Source of the DNA: Eledone cirrhosa
Lineage: Eukaryota
DNA: 64,000 nucleotides
NCBI GenBank assembly: GCA_964016885.1
Contig: OZ024743.1
Location: 175,026,001-175,090,000, forward strand
Direction: 5' to 3'
Shown here: in pieces, positions 12,571-24,627 of the stretch
Layout of the letters: each line of letters begins with the position of its first letter
How positions within the stretch are numbered: the stretch's first letter is position 1
Program-made: the position numbers and the translations under genes
The notes under the pieces: generated by a model
Database searches by the model: none
What the model was told of the DNA's origin: nothing
The model's input: the letters and a program-made list of their open reading frames with translations, nothing else

Positions 12571-14784
12571 CTACATTTTAAATTTAAATTTATATTTAAA
12601 CGTTGAGTTTAATCTATGTTTGCAACAACTGAATAAATTTGTCCGTAGGTTAAGGGAATTTTTAGATTTTAGTATAAAGAATATCTCCTCTGCGCAGAGG
12701 TCACATGTCTCAGAGGATGAATTAAAAGGAATCCCTCTTGAGACTATATTCCAAGCCGTCGAATATCTAACGTTATCTAGCTTAAGTTGCCAGAGTACGC
12801 CTGATAGTGCCGTTGAAGATTTTTTACTTGGATCTGTGAAAGAAATCTTGTGGTTATTATAGCGAAGTTTAAATTCCGTCGATGTGGAACCGACGTAGTT
12901 AAACGAATTAGAGTCAGTATTAACATTACAAATGTATACTATATTTTTAACTAAGCAGTTGTTATTTAACGGACATTTAGATCTATCTCTACAGTTACAT
13001 TTGTTAACTTGTATATTATTTATGCTATTATCACTAGGTTTTAAGTTCCTATTATTTATTCTATTAATATTTTGTGCTAAATTTTTGGTGGATGAGTAGG
13101 TTAATTTAATTGTATGCCTATTGAAAATTGAGTGATACCTATGTGTTCTAGGGAAGCGATTATCAAGAGCTTTGAAAAATAATTTAGCGATGTGGGTTTT
13201 AATGTTTAGTGAGAAAGGGGGGGCAAACCAAATTATGTTCCTAGTTCTATTTCTTTTTTGGCCTTTGGAATTATTGTAATGCTTTCTATTATAGTTGTTA
13301 ATGTTGTTGCCGTAATTAAAAAAGTTGTTACTTTGTTTAGTTTGTCTATCATTATCTATGTACACAATCTTATCAGCATATCCTGCCCTAGCTAATGCTT
13401 CATTATAGTATTGGGCCTTTTCGTTGAAAATCTTTCTATTCGACGAGATCCTAGAGATACGTTTTTGAACTGAGTTTACTATAGTGTTTTTGACAGATCT
13501 GGGGTGGTTAGAGTTAAAGTTGACATAGTTTAAGTTTTCATTCAACTTGTGAAAAGGATAGTGGAGACATGTGTTGAGATTTAATGTTATATCTAGGAAA
13601 TTGACTATTCTATGGTTGTTCTCAATTTCTATTTTAAGGTTAAAGTAATTAAAAAATTTTGTAATTTGTTTACATTTTCTATTTAGTTCAGGGTTATTAT
13701 TATTAATAAGTAAAAGCATGTCATCCCTATATAAACCTCCGGTAGTACCAGGTATTTTCCTATGTAGCGAATTGATTAAAAATAAGCCCACAAGGTCAGT
13801 TACCTGAGCTGAGTCGGAAGATCCCATAGTTATGTCAAAATTGCTATCTCTATCTGCTCTGGTCCATAATTTGTCATTAAATTCTATCAAAGTTTTCCTA
13901 GCCGATAATATAATATGCATTTCTTTGCTAGTTAGGTCAGTATGTTTGAATGCGTAATTTAGTGCCTTATTTAGTAGACTAGGGGTAATAGAAGAATAAT
14001 AGTTAGCTATATCAAGTTGAATAAACCTATTATTATTGTTATATTTAATTTGCCTAAACCACTCAACAACCTCTCCAGTTCCCTTCCACAAGCTCAGGTT
14101 AGATACACAATCCAAGTTCTTAATTTGCTGTATCACCCTGTCAAGAATGTTTTTGCTTAACTTGCCCAGGTCCGATTTTGAAGGTGCGATCAATCTAACT
14201 GGCAGGTCATTTTCAAAATTCCTCTTGTGGTCCTTCATATTGATCTTCGGTTTCCTGGGCACGAAAGGTTGTGTTCTGTTCTCAATTTCCAACTCGTGCA
14301 TTATACAAGATGCTTCGACATTCATTTTCTCAAGTTCGGCCTTATCTGCTACCTTGTACTTTTTCCTCAGCTCTTTCAGTATGAGGCCATTATACATGTC
14401 TTTCCGCACTCCATAGAGGTTGTTGGTCTTGTCAGATTTCACCAAGATCTTCTCAGTTTTCTCTAAGCTCTCAATGTTATCCTTAATGCCTTTCAGATAT
14501 TCCTGGCCTTTGAAGTTTCTCTTGAATTTGACCCCTTGTATGATAGAAATTATATCGTTTTCAAAGTCAGATAAAAGTTTGTTAGGGGGTGGATTTCTTT
14601 TAGATTTGAAAACTTTGTTTAAGTCCGAGACATTTTCGTCTGCATTAGATTTATCAAAGTGGAATGCACGCCACCTGATTCTCCTTATAAAAGAGTCAGA
14701 TTTATCTATTAATTGTTTTATAAAGTCTTTGTTTCTAGGTAGAGGTATGTCTTTTAGAGAGGAAGTAATCTTAAAGAATTCCAT
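12571..14784 (-). CDS. PLE (Naiad-like) polyprotein: reverse transcriptase and GIY-YIG endonuclease, 737 aa, uninterrupted
   Basis: SLKDIPLP..FIRRIRWRAFHF, KSDKT, KDHK, QLDIANYYSSI, TMGSSDSAQV, YRDD, NFLDITL, SNHP, CNCR..CPL..C, IVYIC..YVGST..FKLRYNNH, CDLC..E. Confidence 0.95.
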   Translation of the reverse strand: MEFFKITSSLKDIPLPRNKDFIKQLIDKSDSFIRRIRWRAFHFDKSNADENVSDLNKVFKSKRNPPPNKLLSDFENDIISIIQGVKFKRNFKGQEYLKGIKDNIESLEKTEKILVKSDKTNNLYGVRKDMYNGLILKELRKKYKVADKAELEKMNVEASCIMHELEIENRTQPFVPRKPKINMKDHKRNFENDLPVRLIAPSKSDLGKLSKNILDRVIQQIKNLDCVSNLSLWKGTGEVVEWFRQIKYNNNNRFIQLDIANYYSSITPSLLNKALNYAFKHTDLTSKEMHIILSARKTLIEFNDKLWTRADRDSNFDITMGSSDSAQVTDLVGLFLINSLHRKIPGTTGGLYRDDMLLLINNNNPELNRKCKQITKFFNYFNLKIEIENNHRIVNFLDITLNLNTCLHYPFHKLNENLNYVNFNSNHPRSVKNTIVNSVQKRISRISSNRKIFNEKAQYYNEALARAGYADKIVYIDNDRQTKQSNNFFNYGNNINNYNRKHYNNSKGQKRNRTRNIIWFAPPFSLNIKTHIAKLFFKALDNRFPRTHRYHSIFNRHTIKLTYSSTKNLAQNINRINNRNLKPSDNSINNIQVNKCNCRDRSKCPLNNNCLVKNIVYICNVNTDSNSFNYVGSTSTEFKLRYNNHKISFTDPSKKSSTALSGVLWQLKLDNVRYSTAWNIVSRGIPFNSSSETCDLCAEEIFFILKSKNSLNLRTNLFSCCKHRLNSTFKYKFKFKM

Positions 14785-14870
14785 TTTTCCAGTTATAATA
14801 TAAAGCGCTCAACAGTATTGGAGCAAGATACATGGAAAGTTATATTTAAAATATATATATATATAGAAGA

Positions 14871-14919
14871 GATTCTACAGGACTAGAACTGTTTCATTCG
14901 TGAGAAATCATCAGGAATC
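14871..14919 (-). ncRNA. Type I hammerhead ribozyme in a ~130-bp pLTR remnant (14866-14995) between (TA)n tracts
   Basis: GATTC CTGATGA T TTC TCAC GAA T GAAA CAG TTCTAGTC CTG TA GAATC: perfect 5-bp stem I, GUA site. Confidence 0.85.
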
Positions 14920-15088
14920 ACTTTTATACTCTGCTATGTATTGAGTACCTTACTTACTGTGGTTACCTCCGATTCAACCCGGAATAACTTACCTTATATA
15001 TATATATATATGCATGTATGTATGTATATATGCATACATATATTCATATACAAATATATAATATATAGATATACTCACACACACACAC

Positions 15089-15138
<50 letters not shown>

Positions 15139-15151
15139 AGAGAGAGAGAGA

Positions 15152-15214
<63 letters not shown>

Positions 15215-15339
15215 GGGGAGAGAGAGAGAAAGAGAGAGAGAAAGAGTGACGAAGAGACAGAGATACATAGAATGATAGATAGTTACATAGATATTCGAAC
15301 TGCTCACAGAATATATGAAAAAATATTTTTTTTATATTT

Positions 15340-15382
15340 AATATTTGATAAGGTTGTTATACGAACCGAAATCGGTTATATT
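15340..15382 (+). ncRNA. Minimal hammerhead with U3-A8 core variant
   Basis: AATAT TTGATAA GGTT GTTATACG AACC GAAA TCGG TT ATATT. Confidence 0.6.
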
Positions 15383-16431
15383 TAATGCAACAATTATATT
15401 ATTATTCATTCTCTCAGATTAAAGAAAAAATAATCTTTAAATATACTTCTGTAAATTTTTACCTTCACTATATATATATATATATATATATGAAAACATG
15501 GCGTGCTGCGTGGTTGCAAATGGGTTACATATGAATAAATTTAGTCCTTCATCAGTGATCTTCCAACGTTCATTGGTATTTCATCGCTTTAAAGACCATA
15601 TACCTCCGGTTGGTGCGAGCAACGGCTAAAGAAAGTCGTTGGGACACGTAAATAGGGGGGACGAGCGAGACAGTAAACAATCAAAGATGGTAATGCAACG
15701 AAAAGTGAGGAAGAAGGAGTCAAGTCCCTAAAATCGATGAACATAAGTTCTGTGAAATCGTGGACGAGAGAGAATAAAGACCATCAAACCTGGTCAAAAT
15801 GTGAGTAAGGAAAGAATTTCGCACAGGTCAAACGGGAGGAAGTAGGAGAGGGAGTAGCAGAGAGTGAGTGAGTGAAAGTGTGAGGAAGAGGCTAACAGAG
15901 AGAGTGACTGTTAGAGGAGGTAAAAGGAAGTGAGAGATACGGAGAAAGGGGGAAGCAGTAAGAAACAGACGGGTCACAGCGGAGGAAATTATATATGAAT
16001 ATGAAAACACTTGTACCTCGGAAAGGAACTTTCTAGGTGCAAATCATATGGTCGTTCGTGACCGAAGAGGGTTAGGGTTAGGGTTATGTAAATTGAGGTT
16101 TTTTACTTTGGCGTCATTTTTTGATATTATGTTTTTTATCTTGGATTCGTTTCGCTTATTTCTTTAATATATATTTTTATTTATTTACATATGCAATCGT
16201 GAGTTTTATATCGAATAAAAATAATATTATTATATTATTAATATTCGATTCGTTTTCAAGCGGTAGTAGAGAGAAACAATCGACAGTTGTTACAGGCTTG
16301 TTGCTCCTTGTCAAGATTGTGTATTTCTGCTACACAATAAAACTCTTGAGAATATATAGTATTCTCTAAGGTATATATGTTGAACATCGAATGCATTATA
16401 TCCAAAAGTAAAACTGAATTACATCACTCGA

Positions 16432-16484
<53 letters not shown>

Positions 16485-16616
16485 TGCGATTGGTTCCGGG
16501 CAAAACCTTTCCTCACTTAAAAAAGCTACAAGCAGAGGCATCGCTTGATATTTGATATCTTCTTAAGTACCAAGCGACAGCATTACACGAAATCGAGTTG
16601 CAGCCAACAAATATGC

Positions 16617-16805
<189 letters not shown>

Positions 16806-17458
16806 ACACAAATATATAGAAGAAACTCTTCTGATGAAATTAGAGTTCAATCACCAATTAATAGATCACTTTGAGTGGAAAATCTCAAACAATGCATTCA
16901 ATACATCTAACGTTAAATAAACACACTATTCAATTATCAGTGAATGGCGATATGAAAGTTGCTTTCGTAGTCACTTCAAAAAATGATATTTGTATTCTTT
17001 ATATCGTTTTATACCGTTGCATATTTATATGAAGGTTTGTATGTTTTTGTCTGTCTGTATGTGAATAATGCAAACAAACAAACAAATACGTGCAAACTTT
17101 CATATACATATAACCCAAGCAGCAAATATTCACACGCATATATATATACATAAATATGGAAAAATGTATATATACTTATTCATATATTGTTTGAATATGA
17201 GTGTGTCTGTGCATGTGTATCTGTGCGTGTGTGTGCATGTGTGTACATGTGCGTGCCTGCATGCATGTGTGTGTACATGTATATAAATAAATAATCATCT
17301 CACTCGCACTATTGTTATTATTATATATTCAAATATATACACAAAGGAATGGTCACATTCATTAACGTCATTATATTATTTTCTCTTATATATATATGTA
17401 TCATGCAATTTTGTCTTATATTATACACGCACATACATATATTAGTACACACACACAC

Positions 17459-17492
<34 letters not shown>

Positions 17493-17629
17493 ATGTATAT
17501 ACATATATGTATATATACTCATATACTTATATAGTTTATATATATATATATATAGACTCATGTATATATATATACATATATGTATATATACTCATATACT
17601 TATATACTTTATATATATATATAGACTCA

Positions 17630-17662
<33 letters not shown>

Positions 17663-17903
17663 TCATATATGCTTATATATATATATACATATATATATAT
17701 TCATATATGCTTATATATATATATACATATATATATATTCATATATGCTTATATATATATATATTCATATATGCTAATATACATATATATATATATATTC
17801 ATATATGATTATATATATATATATATATATTCATATATGCTCATATATATATATATATATTCATATATGCTTATATATATATATATATATATATTCATAT
17901 ATG

Positions 17904-18043
<140 letters not shown>

Positions 18044-18107
18044 GCTTATATATATATATTCATATATATATATATATATTCATATATGCTATTATATATA
18101 TATATGG

Positions 18108-18153
<46 letters not shown>

Positions 18154-18438
18154 AGAAGCAAACAATTGCTTATTGTGATCCACTTACCAATGAAACGGTC
18201 GTAAATACCTGGATTAAATCCTTCTCTTAATGCTTACCTGTGTTTTCTCTTTTATACTTTATACTCCAAGATTGAACGGAATTCTTACAAACTTGTGGAG
18301 TTACCCCTAACCGTACGTTGAAACCATCCATGAAACTGGCTTTCTTAACCAAAAACTGGATCACAATAAGCAATTTTTTGCTTCTCTAACTACAGGCTCC
18401 TTATCGGTCGAGCAACCACCTAAACATACGGTACTACT

Positions 18439-20791
18439 ATGGAAAAGCATTACATAGGTATGTCCCTAAAGAACATTCCTATACCTCGGAGAAAGGATTA
18501 TACTCTCGGGATGATACAGCGAACAAACGACTTTATACGCAGAGTTAGATGGAAAACTTTCCATTTCGACAAAGGACGTAATGGTCGCACCGTGGAATAT
18601 AACAAGGAAACATACGGCTTCAAATCGTGTAAAAACCCACCTACCAACCCTCAACTGGATGCCTTTGAACAGGACTTACTGAAGATGATTATGAATATCA
18701 AATTCAAAAAGTGGACCAATAATAAACTCCAGAATGACATAAATACATTCATAGAAAAGCTGCGAACCACCAATGGAATTATTGTCAAAGCGGACAAAAC
18801 ATCAAATGTGTATACGATGGATGTTAATACATACAATAGCTTCATACGGAAGGAATTACATAGGAAATACAAAAAACAAATGAGGCGGCACTGATTAACA
18901 TCAACAACGAGGCACACAATATAGTCAAACACCTAGGAATAGACGACAGAACGGAGCCACTTAAGCCATGTACCCCCACATTTAACCTCAAGGACCACAA
19001 GGTAAATTTTGATTATAACCCCACTATTAGACTTATATGCCCGTCCAAATCGGACATCGGGAAAATTAGTAAACATATATTAGACAGAGTGATAGCACAA
19101 ATGAAGAATAAACTAGTGATTAAACTATGGGGTAACGCTACCGAAACAATTAAATGGTTTAACAATATAGCTAACAAGGAAGTATCTAAATTTATACAAT
19201 TTGACATTAACGATTATTACTCATCTATATCCCCAACACCTTGGATAAAGCCTTAGCATTCGCCAAAGCCAATTCTGACATAACAGACAACGAGATAAAA
19301 ATCATATTAGCTGCTAGGAAAACAATAATTAAATTTGAAAACGCCTATTGGGAACGTAAGGATAGATTAAATAACTTTGACATCACGATGGGGGCTAACG
19401 ACTCAGCTCAAGTCACAGACTTAGTAGGTATTTACATAGCCCATAGTTTGCAAAGCGAGTTTAGCGACCTTCACGGTGGAATCTACAGAGACGACGCCCT
19501 TCTAGTTAAGAACCTAAATAACCAGAGCATAGAAAGACTCCGTAAGAATATTAGAAAGACTCTCGGAAAACTAGACCTTAGCATAACGTATGAGTATAGC
19601 ACTAAAACAGTTAACTTTCTAGATGTGACGCTTAACCTAAATACGGGACTTATAAGACTTTTTCACAAGATTAATGAAAACTTAGCATACATCAACTGTA
19701 ACTCAAACCACCCACTATCAATAATTAAATCCATTCCACGCAGCATATCCCTTAGGATCTCCCGCCTCTCATCTAACCGTCAAATCTTCGAAGAACATGC
19801 AGAATACTACAATACCGCATTAGACAAGGCAGGCCACTTAGATAGAGTAGAATATATAGATGAAAGCCTCTGTGAAGCACACACGAACACGCATAACACA
19901 AACTCCAGAAACACACGCATACACACATTTACGCATAGAACTGCAAAGTATACGGCAAATAGAAGTACAACATCGAAATCAAACAAGTCACGCAGTAGAA
20001 AATATATTTGGTATAACCCCATATTTAACACCTCTATTAGTACTAACCTACCCTCTACTTTCTTTAGAATAATAAATAGGCACTTTCCAGATTCACATAG
20101 ATACAGCAAAATCCTTAACACTAAATCTATTAGACTATCCTACTCCACGGCACCAAATATAGAGGCACACATTAAGATGCTTAACGCTAAAAAGATACAT
20201 AACAACACCAAAACACAAATTTACAACAATAACAATACAATTACCACCGAACACAACAGAATATCTAATACACAACCACCCGCTAATAGGCAAACAAAAC
20301 GTAACACACTTGTTCAGGCATCGCAGCCCACAAATAATGCCAAAGTTGCCCATAACAAGAAATGTAACTGCCACCTACCTGAAACCTGTCCATTACAAAA
20401 TGAATGTATGCAGTCTAACCTGGTTTACCAATGCACAGTGGAATCAGACAACCAGAAATGGTATTACATCGGAGCGACTGGGAATACTTTTAAAGCTCGT
20501 TGGTATACACACCGTTACGCAATGAAACATTCCCAGCACTGTTATGTAACTACCCTTGCAAACAAGACCTGGCAACTGAGGGAAAGTAACCATCAATACA
20601 CCCTGAAGTGGAAAAAATTATCGAACGCGCCCCCATATCGGAGTGGTATGAGAAGCTGTCGATTATGCGACCTTGAGCTGTTCCACATTTTGAGTTCGAA
20701 GAATAGGTTACTCAACAATAAAATTGAGAGATCAATTTATTGTAACCATAGACTCAAAGAGAAATTTTCGCACTACAAATCGAACCCTTAA
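18439..20791 (+). pseudogene. Naiad-like RT+GIY-YIG ORF with two frameshifts (~18875, ~19240)
   Basis: SLKNIPIP..FIRRVRWK; the intermediate frame reads FNLKDHK..RLICPSKSDIG..QFDINDYYSSI; then TMGANDSAQV, YRDD, CNCH..CPL..C, YYIGAT, CRLCDLE. Confidence 0.92.
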
Positions 20792-21013
20792 CCTCTTACT
20801 ACCAACTGACAAACTGCATATACTTAGACTTCATACCCTCTTATATCTAGACCCTTTAATTACCCACAAAACCAATACATATATCCCCCCTTCTCCCTCA
20901 TTCCTCTTCTATTTCTTCGTTTTCTTCCTTCCTCCCCCCTTCTTGGCTATCTTTCCTTTTCTTCCTTCTCACCCCCTTCTTTGCTTTTATTTTTGTCATT
21001 ATTATCTTTATTT

Positions 21014-21091
<78 letters not shown>

Positions 21092-21507
21092 ATATATGTA
21101 TGTATATATATATATATATATGTATGTGTGTATGTGTATGTGTATATATATATATGTGTGTATATATATATATATATTTATCTCTTTATATCTCCCCCAC
21201 CCCCTCTCTCTCTCTCCCTCTCTATCCATCCCTCTATCCTCCCACTATTATCTATTTAATTCTCTTTAACTCACTACACTCCACGACATGATGTCTGCTA
21301 TCAAAACTGACCAAAGAATCCTTCCACCTCTACCCCTACCTCCACCTCAGTTTGTCATTCTACTTCCTACCTCTTCCCCCTTCCTCTCTCTCTATACTAT
21401 GACGTCTGTCACCTCACCTCCTGATTCCTCTCTCTCTATACTAGTAAATACAATTCCAAATAAATGTTTTTCTCTATATATTAAGAATTATTTCAAGAGT
21501 AACTCAC

Positions 21508-21609
21508 TATTTTGAAAATTTGGACTGTGAACAACAATTATAATTGAGTGGCTGCTATTTGCAGCATAGCAATATAAGGTTGCACTTACCAATGAAACGG
21601 TCGTAAATA
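21508..21609 (+). ncRNA. Hammerhead with U3-A8 core and branched stem II insertion, in the 3' pLTR
   Basis: TATT TTGAAAA T TTGG [65 nt] CCAA T GAAA C GGTC G TA AATA. Confidence 0.65.
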
Positions 21610-21878
21610 CCTGGATTAAATCCTTCTCTTAATGCTTACCTGTGTTTTCTCTTTTATACTATATATATATATTTATATATTCATATATATATTCATATAT
21701 GCTTATATGTATATATTCATATATATATTCACATAGGCTTATATGTATATATTCATATATATATTCACATATGCTTATATGTATATATTCATATATATAT
21801 GCTATTATATATATGTATATATATATGCTATTATATATATGTATATATATATATGTATATATATATATTCATATATGC

Positions 21879-21915
<37 letters not shown>

Positions 21916-22157
21916 TTTTGCGAGGTTTTGATATGAAATCGTGCGTCAAAACAAATATTGTTATACTTGGGGAGGGTCATATTTGTGTAATAATATTGCC
22001 AGAATTAATAACAGAACACACTCACTGTTTGGTCGGTTTTCGCTTCTGTGTCTTTTATATCGGTTAATTTTATTTATTCGGTCCTCAATATTACCATTGA
22101 CTGACCAACGATCAAAAATACAGATACAATATAGACACAAACACATATATATAGTCT

Positions 22158-22199
22158 AACAAATTTCTTTCGTTGCACATCTGCAACATCGTCAGTGGT
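22158..22199 (-). ncRNA. Degenerate hammerhead-like motif in the Nematis-like pLTR
   Basis: ACCA CTGACGA T GTTGCA GATG TGCAAC GAAA GAAATT TGTT; stems I and III are imperfect. Confidence 0.5.
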
Positions 22200-23162
22200 G
22201 CTTTTATGTTTCCTCCCGTTACATTGTATGCCTACGCCATCTTTATTTAGTATGCTTATTTATTTATTTATTCGTTTTTGTTTTTTTTTGTCTTCTCTGC
22301 GCATGCGCTAGCGTGTGTGTATAATGTTTTGTTTGATGTGTGTTCGTGTTTGGGTGACTGTGTATTGGTTATTGTATTCTATCTTAGTTTACTAGTGTGT
22401 GTTTATATGTGTTTGTTGTTATTGTGCTTGTGTATTTATTTATTTATTTATTTATACTTCTCTTAGGTCAGTGTTGTTTGTTTGGGCGTTGTTGTTATTC
22501 CATTCATTTTTTTTGTTTAGTCTTGGCCTTCTAAGTTCTATTTCGCTGGCCTCTCTGATTTGCATATCTGCTGGGTCATTTCTATGTTTAGATATTATTC
22601 TAATTTCTATGTTGTCTATGTTACCGTCGTGTTGTTGTCTGGCATGTTCGTATAGTACTGAACCGTTTTTTCGTCCTTTTAGTTCCTCCCAGTGTTGGTC
22701 TATCCTTTCACCTATGCTACGAGCTGTTTCACCTCTGTATGTTGTTGTCATGTTTCTGCAAGTACCCTCTGTACATCTTATGCTATAGACTACGTTTCTA
22801 GTTTTACAGTTTATCCGGGGGTTTACTTTACATATGATACATTTCCTATTAGTACAGTAGGTTTTCTTAAAAGGGTAGGTTTTGCTGATCAGGGATTTTA
22901 TGGTGGTTCCTGGCTTTTCTACCACCTTAATCTTTAAGTGGGTCTTTCTCAGGGCCTTTCTACACTGGTTAGCTAATTTCCCTCCAGGGGTAGCGTCCAC
23001 AAACATGACACTCTGGTTGCGTACCATGAGGTGGCTTTCCCTATCTTATGTCTAGTCCTATCTAAGCTATTCCATGATTTGCTCCTGTATAATGGGCAAA
23101 TTCCTTTCATGTCCAGTTCTATGAGGGTCTTATACTTCTCCGTGGCTCCTTCGTATACTCTC

Positions 23163-24447
23163 CCAAAATGAGGGAGAAGCCATTGGCGTCAGCATAGCTG
23201 GTGTTGTTGCCAACCTTTTTATGGTATGGTGGGAAAGGAGACTTAAAGATCTCCTGAATGAGAGCTCCATAGACCTCATCATGTACTCTCGTTACGTAGA
23301 CGACATCAATATAGTTATAAGAATATCCCCACTAGAGAGCACTAACAAGTTTGATTTAGAACGTAGCACAATGGAAAGCATCCAGCAGATAACTAATTCC
23401 ATACACCAGAGTATAACTGTAACTATCGACTACCCTTCCAAACACCCTAACAATAGACTACCCGTATTAGACACGGAACTCTGGATTAACACTATAGACG
23501 AGAGAGCCCAAATTCTCCACTCACACTATGCTAAACCCATGGCCTCCAAATACCTGATACTCAAAAACACAGCAATGTCCAGTAGTGCTAAGTTTAATAT
23601 TCTGATCGCAGACTTGGTACGAGTGATCAAGAACGTGTCCCGCATGTGCGACCTAACAGAAATGGAAAGACACATCCAACACTTCATCAACCGCATGCAG
23701 TTTTCTGGCTACAACCAAAGAGACAGAATCAGAGTATATGAAGGAGCCACGGAGAAGTATAAGACCCTCATAGAACTGGACATGAAAGGAATTTGCCCAT
23801 TATACAGGAGCAAATCATGGAATAGCTTAGATAGGACTAGACATAAGATAGGGAAAGCCACCTCATGGTACGACAACCAGAGATACCAGAGTGTCATGTT
23901 TGTGGACGCTACCCCTGGAGGGAAATTAGCTAACCAGTGTAGAAAGGCCCTGAGAAAGACCCACTTAAAGATTAAGGTGGTAGAAATGCCAGGAACCACC
24001 ATAAAATCCCTGATCAGCAAAACCTACCCTTTTAAGAAAACCCACTGTACTAATAGGAAATGTATCATATGTAAAGTAAACCTCCGGATAAACTGTAAAA
24101 CTAGAAACGTAGTCTCTAGCATAAGATGTACAGAGGGTATTTGCAGAAACATGACAACAACATACATAGGCGAGACAGCTCGTAGCATAGGTGAAAGGAT
24201 AGACCAACACTGGGGGGAACTAAAAGGACGAAAAAACGGTTCAGTACTATACGAACATGCCAGACAACAACACGACGGTAACATAGACAACATAGAAATT
24301 AGAATAATATCTAAACATAGAAATGACCCAGCAGATATGCAAATCAGAGAGGCCAGCGAAATAGAACTTAGAAGGCCAAGGCTAAACAGAAAAAATGAAT
24401 GGAATAACAACACCCAAACAAACAACACTGACCTAAGAGAAGTATAA
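23163..24447 (+). pseudogene. 5'-truncated PLE RT core/thumb and GIY-YIG (Nematis-like; clade call tentative)
   Basis: GEAIGVSIAGVVANLFM, YSRYVDD, VTIDYPS..LPVLD, YAKPMAS, CTNRKCIIC..CKTRNVV, YIGETARS..ERIDQH. Confidence 0.88.
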
Positions 24448-24584
24448 ATAAATAAATAATATATGCACGTATGGATTCACCGAACATTTATTATAATGCT
24501 CGGTGTGTTTGTAAACAAACATCCCGTATTAAGCCGTAGTGTCTAGCAACCACCGTTGCTCGTTTGTTCAACACTGACAAAGGA

Positions 24585-24627
24585 ACGCTGTACTAGTTTC
24601 AAGCTTGTTAGCTATCGTCAGCAACGT
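24585..24627 (-). ncRNA. Minimal type I hammerhead, copy 1
   Basis: ACGTTG CTGACGA T AGCT AACA AGCT T GAAA CTAG TA CAGCGT. Confidence 0.88.

Larger units (their letters stand above)
10888..14851 (-). mobile_element. Near full-length Naiad-like PLE
   Basis: Intact ORF, ~1.7-kb 3' UTR/pLTR with HHR, short direct repeat ATTTTAAATATAACTTTCCAT (minus strand) at both ends, (TA)n flanks. Confidence 0.9.
18148..21660 (+). mobile_element. Full-length Naiad-like PLE with pLTR direct repeat
   Basis: 78-bp direct repeat 18181-18258 = 21583-21660; 35-bp inverted 5' segment 18148-18182 vs 18357-18391; (TA)n on both sides. Confidence 0.92.
21950..24460. mobile_element. Nematis-like PLE, head-to-head inverted pair (junction ~23160); pLTR on the minus copy (~21950-22450)
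   Basis: 22452-23160 is a near-identical reverse complement of ~23731-24447. Confidence 0.88.

Noticed and set aside
16069-16086. (GGGTTA)3 telomere-like repeat
   Set aside because: Only three units at the end of an interspersed repeat; not a telomere.
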